Source of the DNA: Thermoanaerobaculia bacterium
Lineage (GTDB): Bacteria; Acidobacteriota; Thermoanaerobaculia; Gp7-AA8
Reading direction: 5' to 3'
Assembly: GCA_036399695.1 (NCBI GenBank)
Contig: DASWMP010000322.1
Span: 8,997-72,996 of the forward strand
DNA: 64,000 bases
The notes under the pieces are model-generated. The model was not told the DNA's origin. It was given only the letters and a program-made list of their open reading frames with translations, and searched no databases. Of the stretch, positions 44,798 to 53,970 are shown piece after piece. A program made the position numbers and the translations under genes. Position 1 is the first letter of the stretch. Each line of letters begins with the position of its first letter.

Positions 44798-46104
44798 AAA
44801 TGCTCATGAATCAGCGGCTTCGCCGGCGGCTGGTCGTCGCCGATCTCCACGAATTCGAGGTAGCGGGCGCGGAGCTCGGCGGCGTCGCGGCCGGCGCGGC
44901 CTAACTGGATGCGGGCGATGGTCTCGCCGGCTTTGACTTCGTCGCCGGTGCGGCGGTCGAACATGACGCCGGCGGCGTAGTCGATCTCGTCGTCCGCTTT
45001 CTTGCGGCCGGCGCCGAGGTCCACCGTGAACATGCCAGCTTTGTAGGTATCCATCTTCGTGATGAAGCCGCTGCGGGGAGCTTTGACTTCGATCGTTTCG
45101 GTTGGCTGCGCGAGGAGGGAGTAATCGTCGATGACGTTCGCGTCGCCGCCCTGCGCGGTGATCCACTTGCGGGTCTGCTCGAGGGCGCGGCCGGAGGTGA
45201 GGGCGTCGTCCAGCTCCTTGCGGGCGCTGGCCGTGTCGAAGCGGCCCGACATCACCAGGATGCGCTCGGCCTGGGCTCGCGTGACCTCGAGGACGTCCTC
45301 CGGGCCTTTGCCTTTCAGCACTTCGATCGTCTCGACGATCTCGTTGGCGTTGCCGGCGGCAATACCGAGAGGCCGGTCCATGTCCGTGATGATCGCCTCG
45401 ACCTTCGTCCCCGAGCCGGCGGCCGCGGCGATGAGGCTCTGCGCGAGGGCTTTCGAATCCTGGTAGAGGCGCATGAAAGCGCCGCTGCCCGTCTTCACGT
45501 CGAGGATCAGGGCGGAGGCTCCCATGGCCAGCTTCTTCGACATGATCGAGGCGGTGATCAGCGGGAGCGATTCGACCGTGCCGGTGACGTCGCGCAGCGC
45601 GTAGATCTTCCGGTCGGCGGGGGCGATGCCTTCGGTCGACGTGGAGATCACGCAACCGGCGTCGGCGACGCTTTTCTCGAACTCGGCGCGTGAGAGGCGG
45701 GCGTTGAAGCGTGGGATGGCTTCGAGCTTGTCGAGCGTCCCGCCTGTGTGGCCAAGGCCGCGGCCCGAGAGCATGCCGATGCGGATGCCGCAGGCGGCCA
45801 CCCAGGGGGAGAGGATCAGCGAAACCTTGTCGCCGACGCCGCCGGTGGAGTGCTTGTCGGCGATGAACTCGTACGTGTTGCGCAGGTGCCACTGCTCGCC
45901 GGAGCGGAGCATGGCCTGCGTCAGGGTGGCCATCTCCTCCGAGGTCATGCCGTTGATGGCGATGGCCATCAGGAGGGCGCTCATCTGGTAGTCGGGGATG
46001 TCGCCGCGGGTGTAGCCCTCGACGAAGAACTCCAGCTCGCGGCTCTCGAGCGGCGCGCCGCGACGCTTGCGGTTGAGAAGCTCATAAACGCTGTACGCAG
46101 CCAT
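44791..46104 (-). CDS. deoA: Thymidine (pyrimidine-nucleoside) phosphorylase.
   Basis: DKHSTGGVGDK, TGGTLDKLE and the two-domain glycosyltransferase fold. Confidence 0.9.
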   Translation of the reverse strand: MAAYSVYELLNRKRRGAPLESRELEFFVEGYTRGDIPDYQMSALLMAIAINGMTSEEMATLTQAMLRSGEQWHLRNTYEFIADKHSTGGVGDKVSLILSPWVAACGIRIGMLSGRGLGHTGGTLDKLEAIPRFNARLSRAEFEKSVADAGCVISTSTEGIAPADRKIYALRDVTGTVESLPLITASIMSKKLAMGASALILDVKTGSGAFMRLYQDSKALAQSLIAAAAGSGTKVEAIITDMDRPLGIAAGNANEIVETIEVLKGKGPEDVLEVTRAQAERILVMSGRFDTASARKELDDALTSGRALEQTRKWITAQGGDANVIDDYSLLAQPTETIEVKAPRSGFITKMDTYKAGMFTVDLGAGRKKADDEIDYAAGVMFDRRTGDEVKAGETIARIQLGRAGRDAAELRARYLEFVEIGDDQPPAKPLIHEHLS

Positions 46105-46189
46105 AGGCGCGTGATTCTACGGTGGATGGGGCCGGAATGGTGGCTGGTGGTCAGTGGCGGTGCCTGACGTCCGGCCATCGATCGGCCGA

Positions 46190-46495
46190 AATCGCTCGAC
46201 GAGCACCCGCGATCGGTGGCCCGTCACCAGGAATCAGTCATCGATCACCGGGAATCGGTGGCCGATCGCCGAAAATCGGGCATCGATGACTGATTTCCCA
46301 CGGATCGTGACCGGAATTCAGTCGCGCGTCACCGAAATTCAGTCACGCGTGACCGAAATTCGGTGGCCGGCGTCGGGAAATCGGTCGCTGGCCCCCGAAA
46401 ATCACTCGTCGATCACGGAAAATCAGTCATCGATCACGGAAAATCAGTGATCGATCACCGAAAATCACTCACCACCGGCCACGACCTACCCCAGC
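46190..46495. repeat. Tandem array of about 12 degenerate 21-bp units (consensus CACCGAAAATCAGTCATCGAT) upstream of queC.
   Basis: Units occur head-to-tail in both orientations. The last three are near-identical. Confidence 0.85.
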
Positions 46496-46510
46496 TAAAC
46501 TCCCGCCGCC

Positions 46511-47200
46511 ATGAAAGCCGTCATCCTCCTGTCGGGCGGACTCGACTCCGCGACCGTGCTCGCCATCGCCAGAAATCAGGAGCGTGAGTGCCACGCCATG
46601 TCCATCGTCTACGGACAGCGTCACGACGTCGAACTGCACGCCGCGCGTCGCGTTGCCGAGGCCATCGGCGTCTCCTCGCACGTCGTCTTCCCCCTCGACC
46701 TGCGCGTCTTCGGCGCCAGCGCTCTCACGAGTGACCTGGAGGTGCCGAAAGATGCCGTCGGTGCCCCCGGCATCCCCATCACCTACGTCCCGGCTCGCAA
46801 CACGATCTTTCTCTCGCTGGCGCTGGGGTTCGCCGAAGCGCTCGAAGCGCAGGAGATCTGGCTCGGCGTCAACGCCGTCGACTTCAGCGGCTACCCCGAC
46901 TGCCGCCCCGACTTCATCGACGCCTTCCAGCAGGTGATCTTCGAAGGCACCCGCAGCGGCGTCGAGAAGCAGGAGCCCCGCATCGTCGCCCCGCTGCTGT
47001 CGATGACGAAGGCGGACATCATCCGCCGCGGCGTCGAGCTGGGCGTCGATTACGGCCTCACGCACTCCTGCTACGACCCCGGCCCGCACGGCCACGCCTG
47101 CGGCCACTGCGACTCCTGCCTCCTGCGCCGGAAGGGTTTCGAGGAGGCAGGCGTTCCTGACCCGACGGTCTACGGACTGAACAGCCATGCGAATCACTGA
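46511..47200 (+). CDS. queC: 7-cyano-7-deazaguanine synthase.
   Basis: [10 protein letters not shown]-loop and a C-terminal Zn-binding CGHCDSC motif. Confidence 0.95.
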   Translation: MKAVILLSGGLDSATVLAIARNQERECHAMSIVYGQRHDVELHAARRVAEAIGVSSHVVFPLDLRVFGASALTSDLEVPKDAVGAPGIPITYVPARNTIFLSLALGFAEALEAQEIWLGVNAVDFSGYPDCRPDFIDAFQQVIFEGTRSGVEKQEPRIVAPLLSMTKADIIRRGVELGVDYGLTHSCYDPGPHGHACGHCDSCLLRRKGFEEAGVPDPTVYGLNSHANH

Positions 47201-47819
47201 GATCTTCCACTCGATTCAGGGGGAGTCGTCCCACGCCGGCCGCCCCTGCACCTTCGTCCGTCTGACGGGCTGCAATCTCCGCTGCCGCTGGTGCGACTCG
47301 GAATACACGTTCACCGGCGGCGAACGGCTGACGCTCGACGAGGTGATCGCGAAGGTGGACGCCTACGGCTGCAACCTGGTCGAGATCACGGGCGGCGAGC
47401 CGCTGGCCCAGGCCGAAGCCTTCCCGCTGATCGCCCGGCTCTGCGACGCCGGCTACGAGGTGCTGATCGAAACCTCCGGCTCGATCGACATCACCCCCGT
47501 CGACCCGCGCGCGAAGCTGATCCTGGACCTCAAATGCCCCGGCTCGGGTGAGGTGTCGAAGAACCGCTGGTCGAACCTCGACCACCTCCGCCCCCACGAC
47601 GAACTGAAGTTCGTGATCGCCGACCGCACGGATTACGAATGGGCCCGCACCCTGATCGCCGACCGCCATCTCTCCCGCTGGACGCTGCTCATCTCCCCGG
47701 TCTGGGGCGAGATGGAGATGAAGCCGCTGGTGGAGTGGATGCTCCAGGACCGCCTACCCGCAAGATTCCAGACCCAGCTCCACAAACACATCTGGGGCGC
47801 CGACGTCCACGGTGTGTGA
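47187..47819 (+). CDS. queE: 7-carboxy-7-deazaguanine synthase (radical SAM).
   Basis: IFHSIQGES and CNLRCRWCD radical-SAM cluster motif. It overlaps queC by 14 nt. Confidence 0.95.
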   Translation: MRITEIFHSIQGESSHAGRPCTFVRLTGCNLRCRWCDSEYTFTGGERLTLDEVIAKVDAYGCNLVEITGGEPLAQAEAFPLIARLCDAGYEVLIETSGSIDITPVDPRAKLILDLKCPGSGEVSKNRWSNLDHLRPHDELKFVIADRTDYEWARTLIADRHLSRWTLLISPVWGEMEMKPLVEWMLQDRLPARFQTQLHKHIWGADVHGV

Positions 47820-47830
47820 CTCGGTGCACC

Positions 47831-48004
47831 GGGAGGAGACGACCGGGGCGCCTCCGGCGGGCGGGCACGGCCCGCGGCGTTTGTTGCCTCAGGCTCGGCG
47901 TACCGCGTCGCGATCAACACGTTCGTAAGTAGGGTCGACTGCGGCTTGGCCAACCAGCGCCGCGGGCCGTGCCCGCCCGCCGGAGGCGCTCTCGTCGGCT
48001 CCCC
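47831..48004. mobile_element. R7 MITE-like element, opposite orientation to the copy at 32315.
   Basis: TIRs ggggcgcctccggcgggcgggcacggcccgc ... gcgggccgtgcccgcccgccggaggcgc. Confidence 0.8.
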
Positions 48005-48027
48005 GTTGAACCCGTTACACTTCCTGC

Positions 48028-49194
48028 ATGAAGAATCGTGCGATTGTCATCGTCTGTGACTCCCTCGGAGTCGGGGAGTTGCCGGACGCGAAAGACTTTG
48101 GGGATGAGGGGGCGAATACCCTTGGGCATGTGCTCGACTCGCAGCGGCCGTCCTTGCCGACCTTGAGCAAACTCGGGCTCCTGCACACCTTGCCGACGCC
48201 CGCTACCGACGTCACCCCCATGGCGGCATTCGGGCGGATGAATGAAATCAGCGCCGGGAAAGACACCACCACCGGGCACTGGGAAATGATGGGGCTCATC
48301 GTCCAGGACCCGTTCCGCACCTACCCCGATGGCTTCCCGCCGGAAATCATCGACGAATACGAGAAGCGCATCGGGCGGAAGACGTTGGGCAACAAGCCGG
48401 CGTCCGGGACCGTGATCCTCGACGAGCTGGGCGAAGAGCACATGCGCGGCGGGGCGCCCATCGTCTACACCTCGGGCGACTCCGTGTTCCAGGTCGCCGC
48501 GCATGAAGACGTCATCCCGCCGGACGAGCTGTGGCGCATCTGCGCCGTCGCGCGGGAGCTCATGCGCGGCGAGCACAACATCGGGCGCATCATCGCGCGC
48601 CCATTCGTCGGATCGGGCAAGGGGCACTTCAAGCGCACGGCGAACCGGAAGGACTTTTCCGTCCGGCCGACCGGCGAGACCGTCGTCGAGCGGGCCCACA
48701 AAGCCGGCCGCGAAGTCCTCGGGCTCGGCAAGATCGCGGACATCTTCGACCGTGTCGGCATCGGTACCGAGATCCGCACCGAGTCCAACTCCGACGGCAT
48801 GCGCAAGACGCTCGACCTCGTCCGCGAATCGAATGCGGACCTGATCTACACGAACCTCGTCGACTTCGACTCCAAGTACGGCCACCGCAACGATCCGGTC
48901 GGTTATGCGAAGGCGCTGGAGACGTTCGACAGCGAACTGGCCGGGCTGCTCGAAGCGCTGCGGCCGAACGATCTCGTCTTCATCACCGCCGATCACGGCT
49001 GCGATCCCTGCGACGTCTCCACCGATCACACGCGGGAGTACGTCCCGCTCGTCATCGCCGGCCCGTCGATCAGCGGCGGCCGTCCCCTCGGTACCCGGGA
49101 CACGTTCGCCGACCTCGGCGCCACGGTCTCTGAATTCCTCGAGCTTTCCCGCGAAGGTCTGCCGGGCACGAGTGCCCTGCCGGAGTTACGTTGA
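48028..49194 (+). CDS. deoB: Phosphopentomutase.
   Basis: IVIVCDSLGVGE...TADHGCDP alkaline-phosphatase-superfamily motifs. Confidence 0.95.
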   Translation: MKNRAIVIVCDSLGVGELPDAKDFGDEGANTLGHVLDSQRPSLPTLSKLGLLHTLPTPATDVTPMAAFGRMNEISAGKDTTTGHWEMMGLIVQDPFRTYPDGFPPEIIDEYEKRIGRKTLGNKPASGTVILDELGEEHMRGGAPIVYTSGDSVFQVAAHEDVIPPDELWRICAVARELMRGEHNIGRIIARPFVGSGKGHFKRTANRKDFSVRPTGETVVERAHKAGREVLGLGKIADIFDRVGIGTEIRTESNSDGMRKTLDLVRESNADLIYTNLVDFDSKYGHRNDPVGYAKALETFDSELAGLLEALRPNDLVFITADHGCDPCDVSTDHTREYVPLVIAGPSISGGRPLGTRDTFADLGATVSEFLELSREGLPGTSALPELR

Positions 49195-50168
49195 TGCTTT
49201 TGAAGGTGTTGTCGGTTGTCCGTTTTCCGTCGTTCGTGGTGTGTGCGGTGCTGATCGCCGGGAGTGCGTTGGCGCAGGTGGATGCGACGCGCGTGGCGAA
49301 TGACGCCATGGTCGTCGACCGGGTGGCCGAGGCGAGTAAGCGCGATCTGCCGGTGGACTTGTTGAAGCGCATCGTCAATGAGGACATCGAGCTGCTGCGC
49401 GGGCGGAGCGCGAACGGGCTGTATCAGTATGCCCGGTACGAGCGCATCGAGGGCGGACGCGTGTCGCGCGCAAGCTCGGTGCAGCCGCCGGACAAGAAGA
49501 GCGAGACGCGCGTGCTCGAAGTGTCGGCGCCGCTCGCTTACCGGCTCATCCTCGACTCGCCGTCGCGGCGGATGCTCGTCACGCGAAACCGTCCGGTGTT
49601 CATCGAGCGGGTCGAAGTGGAGTACGTCCCGCAGGGCGCGTCGGCGACGAAGCGGGAGACGATCAGCATCGAGGCGAACCTGAATCCCGGCGAGGTGCGG
49701 GCGGTCGATCTGCCGGACATCGCACGGCAGGCGACGGTACGGATCTTCGCCCGCGCGGACGAGGAGCAGGGTTACGCGAACCTGACGGCGACGCTGATCC
49801 AGGCGCGCGTGGTCGACAATCCGGAGAGCCCGTACGCGGATGCGGTGGCGAGTGCGAAGTCGCTGGTGAAGTCGCTCGACAATAACGATGTCGGCTCGGT
49901 GCGATCGCTGGCGTCGCGCATCCGGCAGCAACTCCGTGCGCCGGGGGCGCAGGATGGTGCACCGTCCACGCAGGCCGCCTCGCAGCTCCAGGCGCAGCCC
50001 GCTACGCGCACGATCGAAGTGACGGCGTCGCGTGATGACGCGCAGCCGCCGATCGAAACTTATACGGAGTTGCAGCTCATCGAGGATCTGCTGACGGGAA
50101 ATGCTGACGAAAAAAGGGAAGGGCTCGACAGGCTGCACCAACTGCTACGGAAACTGCGCCCTCGCTGA
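49194..50168 (+). CDS. Hypothetical secreted protein, 324 aa, coupled to deoB by a TGATG junction.
   Basis: Signal peptide (VCAVLIAGSALAQ) and no recognisable domain. Confidence 0.55.
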   Translation: MLLKVLSVVRFPSFVVCAVLIAGSALAQVDATRVANDAMVVDRVAEASKRDLPVDLLKRIVNEDIELLRGRSANGLYQYARYERIEGGRVSRASSVQPPDKKSETRVLEVSAPLAYRLILDSPSRRMLVTRNRPVFIERVEVEYVPQGASATKRETISIEANLNPGEVRAVDLPDIARQATVRIFARADEEQGYANLTATLIQARVVDNPESPYADAVASAKSLVKSLDNNDVGSVRSLASRIRQQLRAPGAQDGAPSTQAASQLQAQPATRTIEVTASRDDAQPPIETYTELQLIEDLLTGNADEKREGLDRLHQLLRKLRPR

Positions 50169-50259
50169 ACGGTGCGCGCCCGAAACTTGCAGTGCCTCGG
50201 CGCGCGCGATTTTGCCCATTTGTTGCGTCCGTCGCGCGCAGGTTTCGTCTTTTGATGGT

Positions 50260-50288
50260 TTGACCGGACCGGGTGTGTGACGTAGAAT
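50260..50288 (+). promoter_or_regulatory. Near-consensus sigma-70-type promoter for carD/cdnL (TTGACC, 17-nt spacer, TAGAAT).
   Basis: TTGACC at 50260-50265 and TAGAAT at 50283-50288, about 50 nt upstream of the start codon. Confidence 0.6.
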
Positions 50289-50337
50289 GCCGGTCCCTTC
50301 GCGTAGTTCTTCAAGCGCTTTCCGAAAGGAGCCTCAC

Positions 50338-50850
50338 TTGTCGTCAGTCAAACTTAGTTTCAAGGTCGGGGATAAGCTCGTTTACCCGAACCACGGAGTA
50401 ACCGTGGTTGAGCACATCGGCGAGTCGCCGATCATGCCGACCGGAGACAGCTATTACCACCTCAGGCTGCTCGCGACCAATTCGCGCCTGATGGTGCCGA
50501 TCACAAATACGGACCGCGTCGGTCTGCGCCGTCTTTACCAGCAGAAAGAGATCAAAGGCCTCATGGGCCTGCTCGAAGAAAAGCCGGTGAAGACGCACTC
50601 CGACTGGAAGGGCCGATACCGCGACAACCTCGAGCGGATGAAGACGGGCCGCCTCGAAGACGTCGCCGAAGTCCTCAAGAACCTCCACGAGGTTCAGAAA
50701 AAGAAGAGCCTCTCGTTCCGCGAGAAGAAAATGTACGACCGCGCCAAGTACCTGATTGTGTCCGAGGTGGCGATCGTCAAGAACATGCCGGAGCCCGAGG
50801 CGGAGAAAGTGATCATCAAGAGCCTGGAAAAGGCTCTCGGCGGACACTAG
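50338..50850 (+). CDS. carD: CarD/CdnL-family RNA-polymerase-binding transcription factor.
   Basis: AAGGAG lies 6 nt before TTG 50338. The N-terminus (LSFKVGDKLVYPNHGV) is a CarD RNAP-interaction domain. Confidence 0.9.
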   Translation: MSSVKLSFKVGDKLVYPNHGVTVVEHIGESPIMPTGDSYYHLRLLATNSRLMVPITNTDRVGLRRLYQQKEIKGLMGLLEEKPVKTHSDWKGRYRDNLERMKTGRLEDVAEVLKNLHEVQKKKSLSFREKKMYDRAKYLIVSEVAIVKNMPEPEAEKVIIKSLEKALGGH

Positions 50851-50920
50851 TTCCCGCGATCAAAATTTGTGGTTTGCATGGAGTGCCGCTCTGAAGGGGG
50901 CGGCACTTTTGTTTGTGGCG

Positions 50921-51087
50921 CGTTGTTCGTTGCCCGTTGCCCGTTGCCCGTGTTTCAGGTTGTTGGTTTTCGGTTGTTGGTTGTTGGTGCTCCGCTCGGT
51001 TTTACCAACAACCAACAACCAACAACCAAAAACCGGCCCCAACGGACAACGGACAACGTGCAACGTGCAACGTGCAACGGACAACGC
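50921..51087. repeat. Composite R3 element with outer R4-type arms (CGTTGCCCGTTG / CAACGGACAACG).
   Basis: cgttgcccgttgcccgtg...ggttgttggttgttgg...ccaacaaccaacaacc...caacggacaacggacaacgtgcaacg. Confidence 0.8.
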
Positions 51088-51107
51088 CTTCCCATAAGAT
51101 TCACCCC

Positions 51108-52016
51108 ATGACTGCCCCCCGCCTCCCCGAGTGGATCCGCGAAAAGAAACTCAATCTCTCGCAGCTTCGGGACATCAAGACGATGTTCCGGGAGCGCGAT
51201 CTGCACTCGGTGTGTGAGTCGCTGGCCTGCCCGAACCGCTCCGAATGTTTCTCCCGCGGCACCGCGACGTTCATGATCCTCGGCGATGTCTGTACGCGCG
51301 CCTGCGGCTTCTGCAACGTGACCACGGGGCTGCCGTACGCGCCGCCGTCGCCGGGCGAGCCGCGCGCGGTCGCGGAGACGGCGCAACGCATGGGGCTGCG
51401 GCATGTGGTCGTGACCTCGGTGACGCGCGACGATCTGCCGGACGGCGGCGCGCAGCAGTTCGCCGAAACGATCCGCGAGCTGCGCAAGTTGCTGCCCCAC
51501 GTCGCCGTCGAGGTGCTGACCCCCGACTTCCGCGGCAATCTCGAAGCGGTCCGCACCGTCGCCGCCGCCCGTCCCGATTACTACAACCACAACGTCGAGA
51601 CGGTCCCTCGCCTGTATCGTCACGTCCGTCCCGGTTCCCGCTTCGAACGCTCCCTGGAAGTGTTGCGCGAGGCGAAGAAGACCGCCGGCACGGTCACAAA
51701 GTCCGGCCTCATGCTCGGCCTCGGCGAAACACGCGAGGAGGTCGTCGAGGTGCTGCACCGGCTCAAGGAGTCGGAGGTGGCGATCGTCACGATCGGCCAG
51801 TACCTGCAGCCGAAACGGCACAAGCTCGACGTCGTGGAGTACGTGCATCCGACGGTCTTCGAGGAGTACCGGGAGATCGGTGAGTCGCTCGGTTTCCGGG
51901 CGGTGTTCTCCGGGCCGTTCGTCCGCAGCTCGTACATGGCGGACGTGGTTGCCGCGCACTCCAATCCTGAGGAGCGAAGCGATCGAAGGATCAATGGAGC
52001 CTCAGCGACGATCTGA
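51108..52016 (+). CDS. lipA: Lipoyl synthase. The C-terminal 17 or so residues are encoded by an R8 repeat.
   Basis: CPNRSEC and CTRACGFC cluster motifs and a radical-SAM core. Confidence 0.95.
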   Translation: MTAPRLPEWIREKKLNLSQLRDIKTMFRERDLHSVCESLACPNRSECFSRGTATFMILGDVCTRACGFCNVTTGLPYAPPSPGEPRAVAETAQRMGLRHVVVTSVTRDDLPDGGAQQFAETIRELRKLLPHVAVEVLTPDFRGNLEAVRTVAAARPDYYNHNVETVPRLYRHVRPGSRFERSLEVLREAKKTAGTVTKSGLMLGLGETREEVVEVLHRLKESEVAIVTIGQYLQPKRHKLDVVEYVHPTVFEEYREIGESLGFRAVFSGPFVRSSYMADVVAAHSNPEERSDRRINGASATI

Positions 52017-52062
52017 GCTTCATAGCTGAGGCTCCATAGACCCTTCGCGGCGCTCAGGGTTC
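51964..52062. repeat. R8 palindromic element overlapping the 3' end of lipA.
   Basis: cctgaggagcgaagcgatcgaaggatcaatggagcctcagcgac ... gctgaggctccatagacccttcgcggcgctcagg. Confidence 0.8.
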
Positions 52063-52076
52063 ACTGCCACTGCCGA

Positions 52077-53009
52077 ATGAAAAAGCCCAGATCCATCGAC
52101 CCCGAAAAGAAGGACACCGGCCCGTACTTTGTCACCTACCTGCCGATCTTTCTCGATTACCTCGCCGTGGAAAAAGGGCTGGCCCGCAACTCCCTCAGCG
52201 CCTACCAGACCGACCTGCGCCACTTCGGCCACTGGCTGAAGGATCAGGGGCTGGAGCTCGAGCGCGTCGAGCGGATCGATATCGTCAAATACTTTCAGGC
52301 GCTCCGCACGGCCGGCATCTCGGCCCGCTCGGTGGCCCGCGCCCTGGCGGCGATCCGCGGCATGTTCCGCTTCCTCGTCATCGAGCGCCACCTGAAGCGC
52401 GACCCTACGGAAAACCTGGAGAATCCGAAGCTCTGGACCAACCTTCCGAAGTCGCTCCAGCCACACGAGGTCGAAGCGCTCCTCGGCGCTCCAGACCGCT
52501 CCACCCCCGACGGCCTCCGCGACGCGGCGATGCTCGAGCTGCTCTACGCGACGGGTCTGCGGGTGAGCGAACTGATCAAGGTACGCATCGATGAGCTGGT
52601 GATGGACGCCGGTTTCCTGCGCACGATCGGCAAGGGCTCGAAGGAGCGCATCGTCCCATTCGGCGATACGGCCCGGGACGTGATGGTGCAGTTCATCGAG
52701 ACTGGGCGCCGCGAGCTGGACAAGCACGGCGATCCGCACATCTTCCTCTCACGCCTCGGCCGTCCGATGACCCGCCAGTCGTTCTGGATGAAGATCGTCC
52801 GCTACGCCCGGGAGGCCGGAATCGCCACGCACATCTCGCCTCACGTGCTCCGTCACTCTTTTGCCACACACCTGCTGGAGAACGGTGCGGACCTCAGATC
52901 CGTCCAAATGATGCTTGGCCACTCCGACATCTCCACGACTCAGATTTACACGCACGTCTCGCGGGCACGGCTGCAGAAGATGTATGAGACCTATCACCCT
53001 CGGGCATAA
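52077..53009 (+). CDS. xerD: Tyrosine site-specific recombinase XerC/XerD.
   Basis: N-terminal SAM-like domain and a C-terminal R...K...HxxR...Y catalytic set (LRHSFATHLL, HSDISTTQIYTH). Confidence 0.9.
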   Translation: MKKPRSIDPEKKDTGPYFVTYLPIFLDYLAVEKGLARNSLSAYQTDLRHFGHWLKDQGLELERVERIDIVKYFQALRTAGISARSVARALAAIRGMFRFLVIERHLKRDPTENLENPKLWTNLPKSLQPHEVEALLGAPDRSTPDGLRDAAMLELLYATGLRVSELIKVRIDELVMDAGFLRTIGKGSKERIVPFGDTARDVMVQFIETGRRELDKHGDPHIFLSRLGRPMTRQSFWMKIVRYAREAGIATHISPHVLRHSFATHLLENGADLRSVQMMLGHSDISTTQIYTHVSRARLQKMYETYHPRA

Positions 53010-53034
53010 TCAGGTGCTGCCAGTGGGTTTTAAC

Positions 53035-53763
53035 GTGTCCGTGTCCAAATCGATCGTTCTTCTTGCCGCCGTGCTCATGCTTGCCACGTCTGCCGTGGCG
53101 AACGCGAGCATTGCCGTCTTCACGGACGGCCGGAACATGAAGATCACGAGCTATGAGGTCACTGACGACACGGTTCACCTGATCTTCGGCGGCGGCCGTA
53201 TGACGCTGCCGATCAACCGGATCGAGCGGATCGTGGACGATGAGTACGTCGCCCCCGAGGTCGTGGCCGAGGTGAAGAAGATCGTGGAGGAAGGGGGCGT
53301 GTTCCCCGCCCGCTCCTGGCGCTTCACGCAAGAGAGCCAGCCGCTCTTCAAGTCGCAGTTCAACGAGATCATCGTCGCCGCGGCAATGAAGTACGACGTG
53401 GACGCCGCCCTGGTGTCAGCGGTGATCAAGGCGGAGTCGGACTACAACCCGCAAACGGTGTCGCATAAAGGCGCCCGCGGCCTGATGCAGCTCATGCCGG
53501 CAACGGCGAAGCGCTTCGGTGTGACGAACTCGTTCGACCCGACGGAAAATATCTACGCGGGCACGCGCTATCTCCGCTGGCTCCTGGATAAGTTCGAAGG
53601 CAACGCGGACCATGCGGTCGCGGCCTACAACGCGGGCGAAGGCAACGTCTGGAAGTACAAAGGCGTCCCCCCGTTCCGCGAGACCGTCACCTACATCAAC
53701 CGCATCGCCAAACACATCCGCAAAGCCCTCGAAACCCGCCAGATCGCCTCCGCCGCGCGCTGA
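53035..53763 (+). CDS. Lytic transglycosylase (Slt domain) with a signal peptide.
   Basis: ESDYNP...GARGLMQLMPATA...AYNAG. GTG start. Confidence 0.85.
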   Translation: MSVSKSIVLLAAVLMLATSAVANASIAVFTDGRNMKITSYEVTDDTVHLIFGGGRMTLPINRIERIVDDEYVAPEVVAEVKKIVEEGGVFPARSWRFTQESQPLFKSQFNEIIVAAAMKYDVDAALVSAVIKAESDYNPQTVSHKGARGLMQLMPATAKRFGVTNSFDPTENIYAGTRYLRWLLDKFEGNADHAVAAYNAGEGNVWKYKGVPPFRETVTYINRIAKHIRKALETRQIASAAR

Positions 53764-53786
53764 CTGTCGTCGCGTAGGCGTTTTAC

Positions 53787-53963
53787 GGGGAGAGGACCGA
53801 CCAGGGGCCTCCGGCGGGCGGCCACGGGCCGCAGCGCTGGTTGGCCGAGCCGCAGTCGACCCTACTTACTAAGGTGTTGACCGCGACAACCACCGCGCAG
53901 CCTATGGCAACAAGCGCTGCGGCCCGTGGCCGCCCGCCGGAGGCCCCTCGGTCGTCTTCCCCC
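53787..53963. mobile_element. R7 MITE-like element.
   Basis: ggggagaggaccgaccaggggcctccggcgggcggccacgggccgcagcgctggttggc ... gccgcccgccggaggcccctcggtcgtcttcccc. Confidence 0.8.
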
Positions 53964-53970
53964 GCCAAAC

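Noticed and set aside
46154-46450. 98-aa ORF with SSITENQ heptapeptide repeats.
   Set aside because: It is an artefact of translating the 21-bp tandem DNA array (21 nt equals 7 codons). There is no RBS or family signature.
46450-46510. preQ1 riboswitch upstream of queC.
   Set aside because: I could not recognise the preQ1-I/II consensus by eye and the region is dominated by the tandem array. This needs an Rfam/Infernal scan before it can be called.
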